From: Mobula hypostoma
Taxonomy: Eukaryota
Length of the DNA stretch: 64,000 nt
NCBI RefSeq assembly: GCF_963921235.1
Contig: NC_086106.1
Location: 18,600,001-18,664,000 of the forward strand
Reading direction: 5' to 3'
A program made the translations under genes and the position numbers. Of this stretch, positions 48,660-63,268 are shown in pieces (the stretch's first letter is position 1; each line of letters starts with the position of its first letter). The notes beneath the pieces were generated by a model. The model was not told the DNA's origin and made no database searches. It worked only from the letters and a program-made list of their open reading frames with translations.

Positions 48660-49850
48660 GGTTGCTCAGAAAGATTCCATTATGTGGAATCCATGGCAAG
48701 CTGGCTTGTGCAATTGGATCCTGGAATTCCTTACCTGTAGACGCCAGTCTGTTCGGATTGGCCACTACATCACCTCCACGGTTTCCACTACACAGGTGCA
48801 CCATAGGGCAGTGTGCTTAGCCCCTTTTCACTCACTTTACTCCTCTGTGTGGCGAAACACAGCTCCAATTCCATTTTGAAGTTTGCTGATGACACTTGCG
48901 GGCTGAATCAAACGTGGCAATGAATAGGCATACAGGAGGGAGAGTGAAAACTTGGGTGAGTGGTGCCAGAAAGGCAAACTCTCACTTAATGTCAGCACAA
49001 CCAAGGAACTGATTGTAGACTTCAGGAGAGGGAAACAAGAGGTCCATGAGCCAGTTCTTATCGAAGGATCAGAGGTGGAGAAGGTTAGCAACTTTAAATT
49101 CTTGGGTGCTATTATTTCAGAAACCCAGTCCTGGACCCAGCACACAAGTGCAATTCCAAACAAAGCACGACAGTGCCTCTACTTCCTTTGGAGTCTGTGG
49201 AGATTTGGCATGAGATCTAAAACCGTGACAAACTTCTATGGATGTGTGATGAAGACTGTATTGACTGGTTGCATCATGGCCTGCTATGGAATGACCATTG
49301 TCTTCAAATGGAAAATCGTCCTAAAGGTAGTGGATTGGGCCCAGTACATCACAGGTAAAGCTCTTCCAACCATTGAGCACATCTACATGAAACACTGTTG
49401 TAGGAAAGCAACATCTGTCATCAAAGATCCTCACCACCCAGGCCATGCTCTTATCATGCTGTTGCTACCAGGCAGAAAGTACACATGCCTCAGGACTCAC
49501 ACCACCAGGTTCAAGAACAGTTACTACCCTTCAACCATCAGGCTCTTGGACAAAGGGGATAGCTACATTCACTTGCCCATCCACTGAGATGTTCCAATAA
49601 TCAATGATCCCACCCTAAGGCCTTTATCTTTTATCTCATGTTCTCGTCATTCATTGCTATCTATTTATATTTGTATTTGCAGTTTGCTTGTTTTCTGCAC
49701 TCTAGTTGATCTTCCATTGATCCTGTTGTAGTTACTAATCTATTGATTTGCTGAGTATGCCCACAGGAAAATGAGTATTAGGATTATACATGTTGACATA
49801 TCTGTACTTTGATAATAAAATTTTCTTTGACTTTACTTTGATTGGATACA
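48660..49850 (+). mobile_element. Rex1/Babar-like LINE 3' part
   Basis: ORF 48952-49587 (LNVSTTKELIVDFRR...RFKNSYYPSTIRLL), preceded by KFADD; tail actttgataataaa..ctttga. Confidence 0.75.
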
Positions 49851-51239
49851 GAATTGGCTCCATGGTAGGAAACAGAGTGATGGTGTCAGGTTGTTTCTCA
49901 GACTGGAGGCCTGTGATAAATCGTGCACTTCAGGGGTCAGTGATATGCCCTTTGCTGGTTGTCATCTACATCAATCACCTTGAAAAGAATATACAAGGCT
50001 TGGTTACTAAGCTGGCAGATGACTTTTAAATAAGACCATCAGACACACGAGCAGAATTAGTCTATTTGGCCCATTCATTCTCCTCCATTATCCCGATCAA
50101 CCCCATTCTCCTGCCATCTCTCCATAACCATTGACACCCTGATTAATCAACCTCCAGCTGAAATATACCGAATGACTTGGCCTACATAGCCATTTGTGGG
50201 AATGATTGCCACAGATTCATTGTCTTCTGGCTAAAAAAAAATTTCCTTGTCTCTGTTCTAAATGGATGTTCCTCTATTTTGAGTCTATACCCTCTGGTCC
50301 TAGACTCTCGAACTGTTGGAAACATTCTCTCCACATCCACTCTGTCTAAGCTGTTCCGTATTGGATAGGTTTCATTGAGATTCCCCCTCATTCTTCTAAA
50401 CATGCAAGTACAGGCCCAGTGCCATAAAATACTCCTCATATTAAAACCCTTTCATCCCTGGGATTATTCTTGTGAACCTCCTCTGAACTCTCTCCAATGC
50501 CAGCACATTTTTTCTTAAATAAGGAGCCCAATACTCTAGCTGCTGTCTGACCAATTGCTTATAAAGCTTCAGCATTATATCATTGTCTTTGTGTTCTAGT
50601 CCTCTCAAAATGAGTGCTAACATTGCATTTGCGTTCCTTACCACCAACTCAACCTGCTTGTTAACCTTTAGTAAATCCTGCACGAAGACTCTCAAGCCCC
50701 TTTGTACCTGTGATTTTGGAATTTTCTCCCGCATGGAAAATAGACCATATTTTTATCCCTTCCACTCTGCATGCATTAAGGTTATTGCATGAACTTGAAG
50801 TAGGAGACAAAAAGATGCTTGTAAAGTAGTTACAAAGACCAAAGCCCAACTAGATGAGTGGAGAGACAAAAATAAAGGAATCAATGGAGAAATGAAAACA
50901 GAGGATCTGTCAGATATTGTGGATAAGGAAACTAAGACAGATCAGATTGTGAAGGGAGCAATAGAAGGATTAATAAAAGATTACTCCAGTGAACTAAATG
51001 TACCTTCCCAAGATCAAAATGCACAAACTAGAAAGAAGAAAGAGAGGACAAAAGTGCTATGGAAATGGAAGAGGATAAACATGACTGAATTTCTTGAGAA
51101 ATTAGCAAATTCAGAGATACTCACAAACTAGAGGAAGAAATAGGAAGGTGAGTAAAAGAAAGTCTGAAGTTGAAAAGGAGAGAAGCAAGGATTGAAGTAG
51201 ATCCAGAGAAAAGGTGGGAAAAGGAGAAGAAAGGTGTCC

Positions 51240-51800
51240 AGAGATAACAGAACAGTCTCCTGCAGTCTCAGAGTCAGCTCCTAAAACCACCATAGTGGAG
51301 GCCCCTGAATCTGAGATTGTTTCACAGCCTGCCAAGCAGAGTGATCCCCCGACATCCCCATCCCATGTCAGGAAAGCCATTATCTCACAAGTGTAAGAAA
51401 TCCTCCACAATGATTAAATCTGGGACAATTTAAAATTGTCTATGTTGTGGATGTCTGTATATAGTAGTTGTATTATACAGTATACTCTGGATATAGTTGA
51501 GATGCATCCTCTGTTGAGTTAGAATTTATAGCTATGCAGGGAGGAGTACAGCATGTTTAATATTTCAGTAATATTTGATTAATCTTATATACATATCATT
51601 TGCTTTAGCATTCTTGTTTGTTTAAATAAGTCATTATGGATTACATGTACAAATATGTGAACTGCAAACATCATCATGCTACCGGGCGATATGTGTACAA
51701 CTCACTTAAAGTAAAGAACAAACTAAGACTCTGAGATATTTCAAACTCCAGTATCTTCCTTTGAATTAGTTTAATGTTTTCAAGTTACGAAACATAACAG
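51240..51800 (+). mobile_element. LTR retrotransposon (Gypsy-like) 3' remnant
   Basis: Pro/Ser-rich integrase-tail-like frame, polypurine tract cagggaggag at ~51537, then an AT-rich LTR-like stretch ending cataaca. Confidence 0.5.
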
Positions 51801-52039
51801 TAGCACAGAGTTACTGACAGCCAACCGAAAAGGCACCTTTATTCTCACTCTTTGCTTCTGGCCAGTCAGCCAATCATCTATCCATGCTAGTATCTTTCCT
51901 GTAATACCATGGGCTCTTATCTGTTAAGCAGCTTCATGTTCTGCAACTTGTCAAAAGTCATCTGAGAATCCATGTACACTACATCCACCAATTCACCTTT
52001 GTCTATCCTGCCCATTATTTCCTCAAAAAATTCCAACAG

Positions 52040-55000
52040 ATTTGTCAGGCAAAATGTCATGGCTGTGCTCCATCGGAACAGACTGGAGAACTCGTCTTGT
52101 GAGACGTTATGGGTGGAACTGAGAAATGTGAAAGGTATGACCATATTAATTGGCACTATTATAGACCACACAACAATCCCAGAGATTTAAAGGAACAAAT
52201 TTGTAAAGAGATCGCAGACTGTTGCAAGAAACAGAAGGTTGTTATAGTAGGTGATTTTAACTTTCTACATATTGACTGTGAATCCCATACTGTAAAAGGA
52301 CTAGATGGGATAAAATTTGTCAAATGTGCTCAGGAAAGTTTCCTTCATCGGTATGTAGAACTCTCAATGGGAGAGTGTGCAATACTGGATCTGCTACTAA
52401 GGAATGAGATGGGGCAGATGACATAAGTTTGTGTATGGGAATTCTTTGTGTTACGTACCCCGTAACTGGGTTGCCAAACCAGAAGAAATGGATCACTCAG
52501 TTGGAGTCTGGAGTACTAGAACTAAGAAAGTTTTATTAAAGAAACAAGCAACACAGTAATCGAAAGGATAATAAATGCAACAGTTCAGCAATGATAAACA
52601 CACATGTGCACAGAATTAAGATAACAGCATCAATCAAGCTCTATCGTTGTCTAGGGGTAAATGACCAAATTTCAAAGTGACTCAAAGTTCAGTCCAGTTT
52701 AGTAGTTCAGTTTGCAGTAATCGTTGCCATGGCGATGGACAACGTGGGGGAAGAGAGAGAGAGGGAACAGGAACAACTGATCATTCAGACACGGCTTCAC
52801 TCACAGACCGGCGATTTTGGGCGGGTCCTTGGTGATGTCACCTGAGGTCACCGACTGTGACCCCTCCTCCAGATGCGGTCGATCCTCTGCAGTGAACCCG
52901 GCACCCAGGCAAGGGCGGACACACACCGGGTTCCTGCTGATCGTACCTTTCCACCCTGGCCGTTGTCTGATACTTCTCACCGACTCGTGAGAGGCGTACC
53001 GCTTCCAGGGTCTCGTTACCTCGGGTGTCGTGTGTCCTGCCTTAGCGAACCTGTCCCTTTTTATCCCCCTGCTGGGGCATCGCCTGTCCACCACTTCAAA
53101 CAGTTCAGGGTTCAAAGGGGGAGCCGCTCCAGACAGCTCTCTCTCCCACGTCCCTTCATTACACATCTCCAGACGCTGCTCCATTGTTCCTTATCTCTCC
53201 TTCCCCTGAGGGCAGGTGGCAGACCACTTGCTGATGTCACTGATGCTAACCCAGGCCAGCAAACATCTTAATTTTATGTGTATTCTCGTCACATTTGCAT
53301 CTAGTGACCACCATGCCATTAGTTTCAATGTAAATATGTGAAAAGACAGATCTGGTCCATGGGTTGAGATTCTAAATTGGAGAAAGGCCAATTTTGATGG
53401 TATCAGAAATGTGGACTGGGACCGGCTGTTTTCTGGCAAAGGTGTACTTGGTAAGTGGGAGGCATAGAAAGCGAAATTTTGAGAGTGCAAAGCTTGTATG
53501 TGCCTGTCAGAATAATAGGTAAAGATAACGAGTGTAGGGGACTTTGGTTTTCAAGTGATTAAGAGAAAAAAAGAGGTGCATCAACAGGTATAGGCAGGTA
53601 GGAAAAAATGAGGTGCTATGGAGTATAAGAAATGCAAGAGAACACTTCAGAAAGAAATCGAGAGAGCTAAAAGAAGGCATAAAGTTGATCGAGCAGACAA
53701 GCTGAAGGAGAATCCTAAAGCATTCTACTGATATTTTAAGAGCAAAAGAATTGCAAAGGACAAAATTGATTCCTCTGGAAGACCAGAATGGTAATTCATG
53801 TGTGGAGCCAAAACAGATGGGGGAGATCTTAAATACTTTATTTGCATCTGTATTTACACAGAATCTATAGAAATGAAACTAAGGGGCATCAGCTTCATGG
53901 ACCCTGCACAGATTACAGAGGTGGAAGTGTTTGTTTTGAGGTAAATCAAGGTTGATAAATCCTCAGGGCCAGATAAGGTGTTTCCTTGGACCCTATGTGA
54001 GGCAAGTGCAGAAATTGCCTGGGCCCTAGCAGAGATATTTAAGTCATCCTTAGCATCAGGAGAGGTACCAGAGGATTGGAAGTATGCCGTAGGGCTTGAA
54101 GCATAAACCAGGAAGTTATAGCCTGGTGAGTCTGACATCATTGTGGGAAAATCATTGGAAGGTATTCTGATGGACTCAGTATATACGTATTTGGATAGAC
54201 ACGGACTGATTAAAGATAGTTGGTATGGCTTCATGTGTGGTAGGTCATCTCTAACCAATCTTTTGAGGACGTTATCAGAAAAATGGATGAAGTCAAGGAA
54301 GTGGATGCTGTCTATATGGACTTTAGCAAGGTATTTGACAAGGTCCCACATCGAAGATTGTTCAAGAAGGTTCAGTCGCTTGGCGTTCAAGATGAGGTAG
54401 TAAATTGGATTAGACATTGGCTTTGTGGAAGAATCCAGAGAGTGGTAGTAGATGGTTGTCTCTCTGACTGAAGGCCCGTGACTAGAGGTGTACCACGGAG
54501 ATCAGTGCTAGGTCCTTTGTTGTTTGTTATCTACATCAGTGATCTGGATGATAATACGGTTAATTGGATCAGCAAATGTGCAGATGACACTTATTGGGGA
54601 TGTAGTAGACAGTGAGGACCCCTCTCATGCCTTGCAGAAGGATCTGCATCAACTGGAGAAATGGGCTGATAAATGGCAGATGAAATTTAACTCAGACAAG
54701 TGTGAGGTTGGTCCAACCAGTGGAGGTCTTGCAGAGTGAACAGTAGAGCACTAAGGAGTGCGATAGAACAGAGGGATCTGGGAATAAAGTTACATAATTC
54801 ATTGAAAGTGGGGCCAGATGTACTGTAGATAGGGTTGTAAAGAAAGCTTTTGTCACATTGGCCTTCATAAATCAAAATTTTGAGGACAGGAGATGAGATG
54901 TTATATTGAAATTTTATAAGATTTTGGTGAGGCCTGACGTGGAGTATTGTGTGTTGTTTTGGCCACCTGCCTACAGGAAAGATGTAAACAAGGTTGAAAG

Positions 55001-55490
55001 AGTGCAGAGAAAATCTACAATGATGTTGCCAGTTCTGGAGGATCTGAGGTACAAGGAAAGATTGAATTGGTTCAGTCTGTATTCATTAGAACAGAAAAAA
55101 TTGAAAGGAGATTTGATAGAGGTATACAAAATTATGAGGGGTATTGATAGGGTAAATGCAAGCAGACTTTTCACACTGAAGTTGGTTGGGACTACACCTA
55201 GAGGTCATGGGTTGAGGGTGAAAGATGTAAAGTTTAAGGTGAACATGAGGGGAAACTTCTTCCCTCCGAGTGTGGAATTAGCTGCCAGCACACATGGTGC
55301 CTCTGAGCTCGATTTCAACATTTAAGAGTAGTTTGGATATATATATATTGATGATAGGGGGTATGGAGGGCAACAGGCTATAGTCCAGGTGCAGGTCAAT
55401 GGGTATAGGGAGTTTAAATGGTTTCAGCATGGACTAGATGGGCTGAAGGTCCTGTTTCTGTACTGTACATCTCTCATCTCTATGATTTAA
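52040..55490 (+). mobile_element. CR1-clade LINE ORF2 remnant interrupted by a solo LTR
   Basis: APE (VVIVGDFN) at 52109-52426; RT pieces 54143-54739 and 54906-55325. Confidence 0.8.
52449..53293 (-). mobile_element. Solo LTR (845 bp) with 4-bp TSD
   Basis: tgttacg...cgtcaca termini; TSD tttg at 52445-52448 and 53294-53297; AATAAA on the minus strand at ~52532. Confidence 0.85.
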
Positions 55491-58400
55491 GGAAACCATG
55501 CTGACTTTGCCCTATATTTTCTTGTGCCTCCAGGTACACTGAAACCTCATCTTTAATAATATATTCCATCATTTTTCCAACCACTGATATCAAGGTAAAT
55601 GGCCTATAATTTCCTTTTTCTGCCTCTGTCCCTTCTTAAAGAATGGGGTGACATTTGTAATGTTCCAGTCCTCCGGAATTATTTCAGAATCCAGTGTTTA
55701 TTTAAAAATCTTTTCTAATGCTTCAACAATCTCTTCAGCTACTTCTTTCAGAACCCTGGACTGTAGCCCACCTGATCAAGATGCCTTAATTACCTTCATA
55801 CCTTTCAACTTCCCAAAACACCTTCTTCTTAGTAAGAGCAACTAAACTCACACTGGCATTCTGCTGTTGTCTTCCACATTCAAAACTGACACAAAAAACT
55901 TATTATGTTTGGCTGTCATTTTTTGTCCCCCATTACTACCTCTCCAGCATCATTTCCCAGTGGTCCAATATCCACTTACCCCACATTTACTCTTTCTCTA
56001 TCTGAAAAACAACTTTTTGCATCCTCATATTTTTGGCTAGCTTACCTTCATATGTCTCTCTATTGATTTTTTACTTGCCATCTGTTATCTTTTAAAAGAT
56101 TCCCAGTCCTCTAAATTCCCAGTAATTCTTGTTCTGCTGTATGCTCTCTCTTTTCTTTTCAGGTTGTCTTTGACTTTCCTTGTCAGCCACGGTTGCCTCA
56201 TCATCCCTTGAGAATACTTCATCTTTGGGATGTATATTTCCTGTGCCTTCCAAATTGCTACTAGAAACTCCAGCCATTGCTGTTCTGATGTCATCCCTGC
56301 TCATGTTCCCTTCAAATCAGCTTTGCCCAGCTTCTCCCTCTTGCCTCTGTGTTCCCTTTACTCTACTGTAATACTGATACATCCAATTTTAGTTTCTCTT
56401 TCTCAAACTAAAGAGTGAATTCTATCATATTATTAACACTACCTCCTACGGGTTCCTTTACTTCATGCTCCCTAATCAAATCTGGGGTCATTGGATAACA
56501 CCCAATCTAGAATTGAATCCCCCCTGGTAGGCTCAACCACAAGCTGATCTAAAAAAACAATCTGAGGCATTTGGCAAATTCCCTCACTTGGGATACTGCA
56601 CCAGTCCAATTTTCTCAATCTACCTGGATATTAAAATCCCTCATGACTATCACAACATTGCCATTTTTGCATGCCATTTCTATTTCCCATTGTAATTTGT
56701 AGGACATATCCCGGTTAATGTTTGGAGGCCTGTATAAAACTCCCATGAGGGTCGTTTTACACTTGCGATTTCTTAACTTTACCCACAATAATTCTACACT
56801 TCCAATACTTTGTAACGTCTTTCTAAGGATTTGATTTCATTTTTTTTTACCAACAGAGCCTCCACATCCCCTCTGCCTACCTACCTATCCTTTCAATACT
56901 TTGTGTACCTTTGGATGTTAAGCTCCCAACTATGATCTTCTTTCAGCCATGACTCTACGATGCCCACACCATCATACCTGCCCATCTCGAACTGCGCTAC
57001 AAGATCAGCAACCTGATTCTGCATGCTGCGTGTATTCAAATATACTGCCTTCAGTCCTGCGTTCATCACCCTTTCTGATATTGGCCCCCTGTTGCAATTT
57101 AGCTCATCCCACTGACTGCAATTCTGCCCTATTATCTGCCTGCCATTCCTCAGAGTCTCACTACATACTGCATCTAGTTGTATACCAACTGCCCCACCCT
57201 CAGCCCTATCACTCTAGTTCCCTCCTCCCTGCCAAATTTGTTTAAAATCTCCCCAACTTCTCTAGCAAACCTTTCTGCAAGGACACTGGTCCCCCTCAGG
57301 TTCAGGTGCAAAACCGTCTTCTTTGACAGATCATAGAGCATAGACCGGTACAGCACAGGAACAAGCCCTTCAGCCCAAAATGCTGTGCTGATCCAACTAA
57401 AATGTAAATGAAAAAATACCCCAAAAACTAACCCCTCATACCTATATAATGCCCATATCCCTTCATCTTCCTCAAACTCATGTGCCCATCTAAACATCTC
57501 TTAGACATCTCTAATGTATTTGCTTCTTGCACCATACCTGGCAGCGCATTCCAGGCATCCACCACTCTGAGTAAACAACTTACCCCTCAATTCTCCTTTG
57601 AACCTACCCTCTCTCACCTTCAATGTATGTCCATGTCCTCTGGTATGAGACATTTCTACCCTGGGGAGAAGATGTTCCCTGTCTACTTTATCTATGCCTG
57701 TCATAATCATATAAACCTCCATCAGATTTTCCCCCAGTCTCCGCCATTCTAAAGCAACCCATGTTTGTCCAGCCTCTGATGATAGTACATGTCCTCTACA
57801 CCAGGCAACATCTTGGTAAACCTCTTCTGCACCCTCTCCAAAGCCTCAAATTCCTTCCTATAGTGGGACAACCAGAAGTGTACGCAATACTCCAGATGTG
57901 GCCGAACCAGAGTTTTATAAAGTTGCAACATAATTGCTTGACTTTTGAGCTCAATGCCTCAACTAATAAAAGCAAGCATTTCATAAGCCTTCTTAACTAC
58001 CTGAATGACCCGTGTAGCCTTCTTAAATAGTGGTACAACATTAGCTAATCGCCAGTCCTCCAGGACCTCACCTGTGCCTAGAGATGACATGGAGATACTG
58101 GTCAAGACTCCAGCAATCTCATTTTTTACCTCCTTCAATAACCTGGGGTAAATTGCATCAGGCTGTGGGAACCTACCTATCCACCTTAATACTCATTGGG
58201 AGGTCCAACATTTCCTCCTGCTTGACTGCTCTGAATGCCCTCACATATTTATACACTGAACACTGATCTCCTGGTCCTCCATATCCTTTTCCTTGGTAAA
58301 CTCTGAAGCAAAGTACTCACTAAGTACCTCACTCACATTCTCTGCATCCAAGCAAATGTTCCCCCTTTATCATTGAGTGATCCCACCTCTCCCTAGTTAT

Positions 58401-59000
58401 GTTTTTACTCTTGATGTATGTATAGAATGCCTTTGGATTCACCTTAATTCTACTCACCAAGGATGTTTCATGACCCTTCCTGATTTTCCTAATTTCCTGC
58501 TGAAGGCCGTGCTTTTCAACTTTCAATCAAACTCCCTATATTCTCTCTTCAGGACCTCCTCCCTTTTCCTACCTATCCCATTGATACCAATAACTACCAA
58601 GTGTTCCAGTTGTTCATCGTCCCCCTTTCGAACACTGTGGACTCATTCTGAAACATCCCTGACCCTGGCACCTGTGAGGCAACATACCATCCTGGCAACA
58701 CACACAAATTGCTGGAGGAACTGAACAGGCCAGGAAGCATCTATGGAAAAAGTACAGTCAACACTTTAGGCCGAGACCCTTCAGCAGTCTCTTTCATGTT
58801 CACAAAATCTGCTGTCTGCTTCTCTAATTACAGTACCTGCTTCCTGCTACTTCAGAGTGACTACCTCCCTGTAGCTCCTATTGATCATCTCTTCATTTTC
58901 CCGAATGAGCCATAGGTCTGCCAGCTAGAGCTGCAGTTCCTCAACACAATCTCTAAGGAGCTGCAGCTCAGTGTAATTATCAGGGAGACTAAAGGTCTCC
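55490..59000 (-). mobile_element. Stacked degenerate CR1-clade LINE fragments
   Basis: ORF pieces 56085-56294, 57174-57497, 57749-57931 (MLQLYKTLVRPHLEYC), 58329-58526. Confidence 0.75.
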
Positions 59001-61244
59001 AAAAGTTCCCAAATCTCATACATAGTGCAATTAGCTATGTACTAACAGAGAAAAAAAAACTTACAAGAAACTTACTGAGAACACCCGCCTGTGCTTCCTC
59101 AGCCTGTTTTCGAGGAAGCCTGTTGATCTAAACCCTGAGCACTCAAACAGTGCCCACTCACACAATGGTCGCTTTGCTTACACCTCATTTCTTGTCATTG
59201 GCTCCTGATGAGTGTCTAATCAATCATTATGATTGCAGTCTACTGACAATTCCCAAAAACATGCAAGTTCTTTTTTAACCTCATGTAGCGTCACCAATGA
59301 ATGACCTCTCACTCTGATTGCAGCCTGCACAAAGATAAGTGGTAAAGTGAAGGGTGAATGTGAGCAAAATTACAGTGGAATTTGTTTAGTTGAATAAGTG
59401 GGCTGAAGAGTGTCAAATGCTGTTCTTTTTAAGGAAGTGTAAGGTGTAATGCTTTAGAAAGTTAAACCAAGGTAGGACTTTCAAAGAGAACAAAGGGCCC
59501 TGGAGAGCATTGTGGAACAGAGAGATCTTGGAGTTCAAGTACATGGTTCACTGAATGTGAAGTGGTGAAAGGTTTTTTATTATGTTGGCCTTTATCAGTC
59601 AGAACATAACGACAAAAATCTGAGACCACACGGTGAGAATGTACAAGGCGCTGATGAGGTTGCATTTGGAATGTTGTGCTCAGTTTTTATTCATCCTGCT
59701 GGTGAAAGGATGCTATTAATCTGCAAAGAGTGCAGAAAAGATTCACTAGAATGTTGCCATGACTGAGTTAAAGGGAGAGCTTGTCTCGGCTAGGACCTTC
59801 CTTGGCATGAATATACAAATTAATTAACATATAATTTGCAGCTTAACCACAGTCACTGTGGAGAGTCAACATAGGAATGAGAAGGGATGTTTTCTTGATA
59901 CTGTGCTTGTTTATTAAATCTCTTAAAAATTAACTTCCTCAGCTCCGATGAAACACTCTGGCTTGCAGGAGATTGGTGATTTTATAGAGATGCATAAAAT
60001 CAAGAGGGCCATGGGTAGGAAAAGTTTCCTCAAAATGCTGTCAATGTGACTAGCTTGGATGGGCATCTTGGTCAACATGGAAGAGTTGGGCCGAAAGGCC
60101 AGTTTCCATGCACTTTGACCCTCTGACTCTACAAATGCCAGTGCAATTTAAAGTGGCAATTAACCTATCAACAAGCATGTATTTAGGATACAGAAGGACA
60201 CCCACATTTTCCACCCTCTCAGTCTGACTGATACACTGACACCCAGAGGCTGTCGGTTAGTATTACAACAGTCAGTTTGACTGAAGCCTGAATATTGGGA
60301 GGTGTTCCTCTGAACCCAGTGGCTGCAGTTTATCACTGCAAAGTTACAAATGCTTCCGGTCAAATTGACTTCAATCCAGACCCAAGAGTCTGCAGACCCT
60401 GGGATCTGGAGCTACACACAATCTACTGGAGGAACTCAGCGGGCTGAGCAACATCGATGGAAAGAAACTGTCGAATCCCTGAATGAGGACAGTCCACATG
60501 AGCATCTGGGTTGTAACAGACAGAATGAAATTACCAAAGTAAAGAAAACCTGCTCATGTTGCATATCAGAAGTAAAACCTCTTGCCAGCACTGGATAGAC
60601 AATATACATTGTACATCAGTGGTGGAGGGAATGAAATCGAGTGTCGGTGAGTAGACTATATACATCACCAAATGTGCCATGGATTTCAATATTCAAGTTA
60701 ACACAACTGTAATATTGTAAAAACAGAGTCCAATGAACGAGAGCTCATGTCAAAGGTCTAATGAAGACACCCTATAAATGCAAATTACACTGGACAAACA
60801 ATTTTTTCAGAAGTGTTGCTTCCTCAGAATTTTTTTTTTGTAGACTGCTTGAAGATGAACACGAATATAATTTCAGACTACTTGTATCACGTAGGAATTT
60901 GGAAATACAACAAATTAACTTTTATTGAATTTAATATGTTTAATTGCATAATGGTGCTGATGCTTTGCAATAGTTCAACTAAGTTAAAAATACTTTGTTA
61001 ATGATTTTCATTTGTACTCAGTGTCTGAGGCTTCTTACTTAAGTGTCCAACAATAATTCACTAGCATTGATGGATTCCAGTTGCCCTGGTATCTTTTCTC
61101 CATACCGCAACATCCCGGTGAAACCTTTCACCATGCTCGTCACTAATAGTACCAAGATTTGCAGGGAAGAAGTCTAAATGGGAATGGAGAAAATGAATCT
61201 TTAGCGATATGTTGCATTTCATGGTTTTATGAGGTGAGAGGAGA

Positions 61245-61885
61245 AGATGACGGTGCGACGCAGCTCACAGTGGCCATTCCGGTGGTGATATCTGTTATCT
61301 GTCAAGTAGGGTGCTGTGCACAGTCCTGATTTGATGGAGACAGACGTGAGAGCATGGAGGAACATCTGGTGAAACTTCTGAAATGCCTGCTACTGTGTGA
61401 TCCAGAATCTCCAGAGGGCAAGGCCCCGAGTCCTCGGCTCTGCTTGTTGCTTGGCAGCCAGGGCGGGTTCGAAGTGCTCGGTGCTTGGTGTCAGAGGGCT
61501 GGTCGGAGGCTCGAAGTTTTCGGACGGACTCAGAGTCCACTGCGGTCGGGTGCTTCCAATGGTGCTGCATCAGCAAGTTTGCGGCGCTTGGAGGTTCATG
61601 GCAGGGAGAGTTTCTCCCTTCTACCGTCTGCGTGAGATGATGAGGCTATCGGGACTTGAGACTTTTTTTTTTACCGTGCCCATGGTCTGCTCTTTATCAA
61701 ATTACTGTATTGCTTTCCACTGTTGTAACTATATGTTATAATTATGTGGTTTTGTCAGTTTTAGTCTTGGTTTGTCCTGTGTTTCTGTGATATCACTCTG
61801 GAGGAACATTGTATTAATTTTTAATGCATGCATTTCTAAATGACAATAAATGAGGACTGAGTGTCCTCAGAATCTAATCTAATCT
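61245..61885 (+). mobile_element. Non-autonomous retroposon with (aatct)n tail
   Basis: CpG-rich 5' part; ends tgacaataaa..aatctaatctaatcta; sister copy at ~43455-43830. Confidence 0.55.
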
Positions 61886-62889
61886 ATATGCTTAAAGCAT
61901 GCTTTCCACTAGCTGCATGTAGTTTGGTGCTATGTAAATGCCGAGAAAAAATTCAACAACTTCCATGTGATTTTCTCTGGTCCTACTAGAAATTCTTCAA
62001 ACTGCCTGTCATTAATGACCTGTTTGATTTGTGGACCAACAAAATTTTTTTTCTTAATCTTGGCATCATTTATTCTGGGAAGCATCTGTCTCAAATATCA
62101 AAATCATTCATAGAAATTTTTGTGCCTGGTGATAGCAAATTCCATCCTTACGGTCCTGAACCCAATAATTATTTCAACCTGTCCTGCCGTGCCACCTAAG
62201 CGTGCCCAAGCATGCCCGGACAAGATAGGAATCTTTCTAGCTTACATTGTAGGCAACATTTTAATTGACTTGAATTATGAATTGAAATAATAAACATAAG
62301 TTTATTTTAAAAATGGTGCATGGTAGGGAAATTTCATGGTGATTTTCATGATCAGTAGCCCAAAATTCATAAGATACACCTAAAGGTATTCAGGAAGCAA
62401 ATTTGTTGTCCAGTGTTATTGCAAGGTAATAATGCATTGCCAGAAAAAGACAACAAGAGATAGCAGGGATTGTATAAACTGTCCTATCAGTGAGATACTA
62501 ACTGATGAGTGAAAACCCTGCCCTTCCCCTATCTGTCACTTTCAATGTAGTCTCAGGACCTCTTGGTACAATGAAATCCTCCTGTACACTGTTTCACCCA
62601 CACCATCCAGCAGTGTCTTTGTGCCTGACTGTTACCCTGACACCCAAAGACTGTCAGTTACGATTACAGCAGCCAGTTTAACTGAAGGCTCAGTATTTGG
62701 AGGTGTTGGAGTTATTATTGCAGGGTAACAAATTATTTGAATCAAAATGGCTTCGGACAAAATTGACATCTGAACTCCAACAGGAAGAATGAAAGCATCA
62801 CTGAGGGACAAATAACTACACATATTGCAAATAAGAGATAAAAACTCCAGAAATTACAGGACAGGCAGTATCTGTGGAGAGAGGAACAA

Positions 62890-63268
62890 ACTATTATTGC
62901 AAGTCTTTCACACGAATGCTCCGGATGGCTCTTGACATGAGTTGGCACATGATGAACATCAAGCTCTCTGACAATCTACCGATGCTCACCACTAAAATTG
63001 AGGTGAGAAGACTGAAACTAGTGGGGCACTGTCGATGCCACCCCGAGCTACGTGTCAGCCTAGTCATCATATGGGAGCCCAAGCATGGGAGGATGAAACC
63101 TGGGCGCCCTCCCAAGACTATGGTCAACACGCTCCTAGAAGACAGTGGTGCAGCTAATGTAGATGAACTGAATACACTGATGAGGGAGAGGGAGAAGTGG
63201 AGAGTCCATCATTGTGGCTGACACTGGACCCCTAGGCCTGAGTCAATGTAGTAGTAGTAGTAGTAGTA
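62890..63268 (+). mobile_element. 3' end of an RTE-like LINE with (gta)n tail
   Basis: ORF 62874-63221 (RRLKLVGHCRCH...GRMKPGRPPKT), followed by gtagtagtagtagtagta. Confidence 0.7.
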
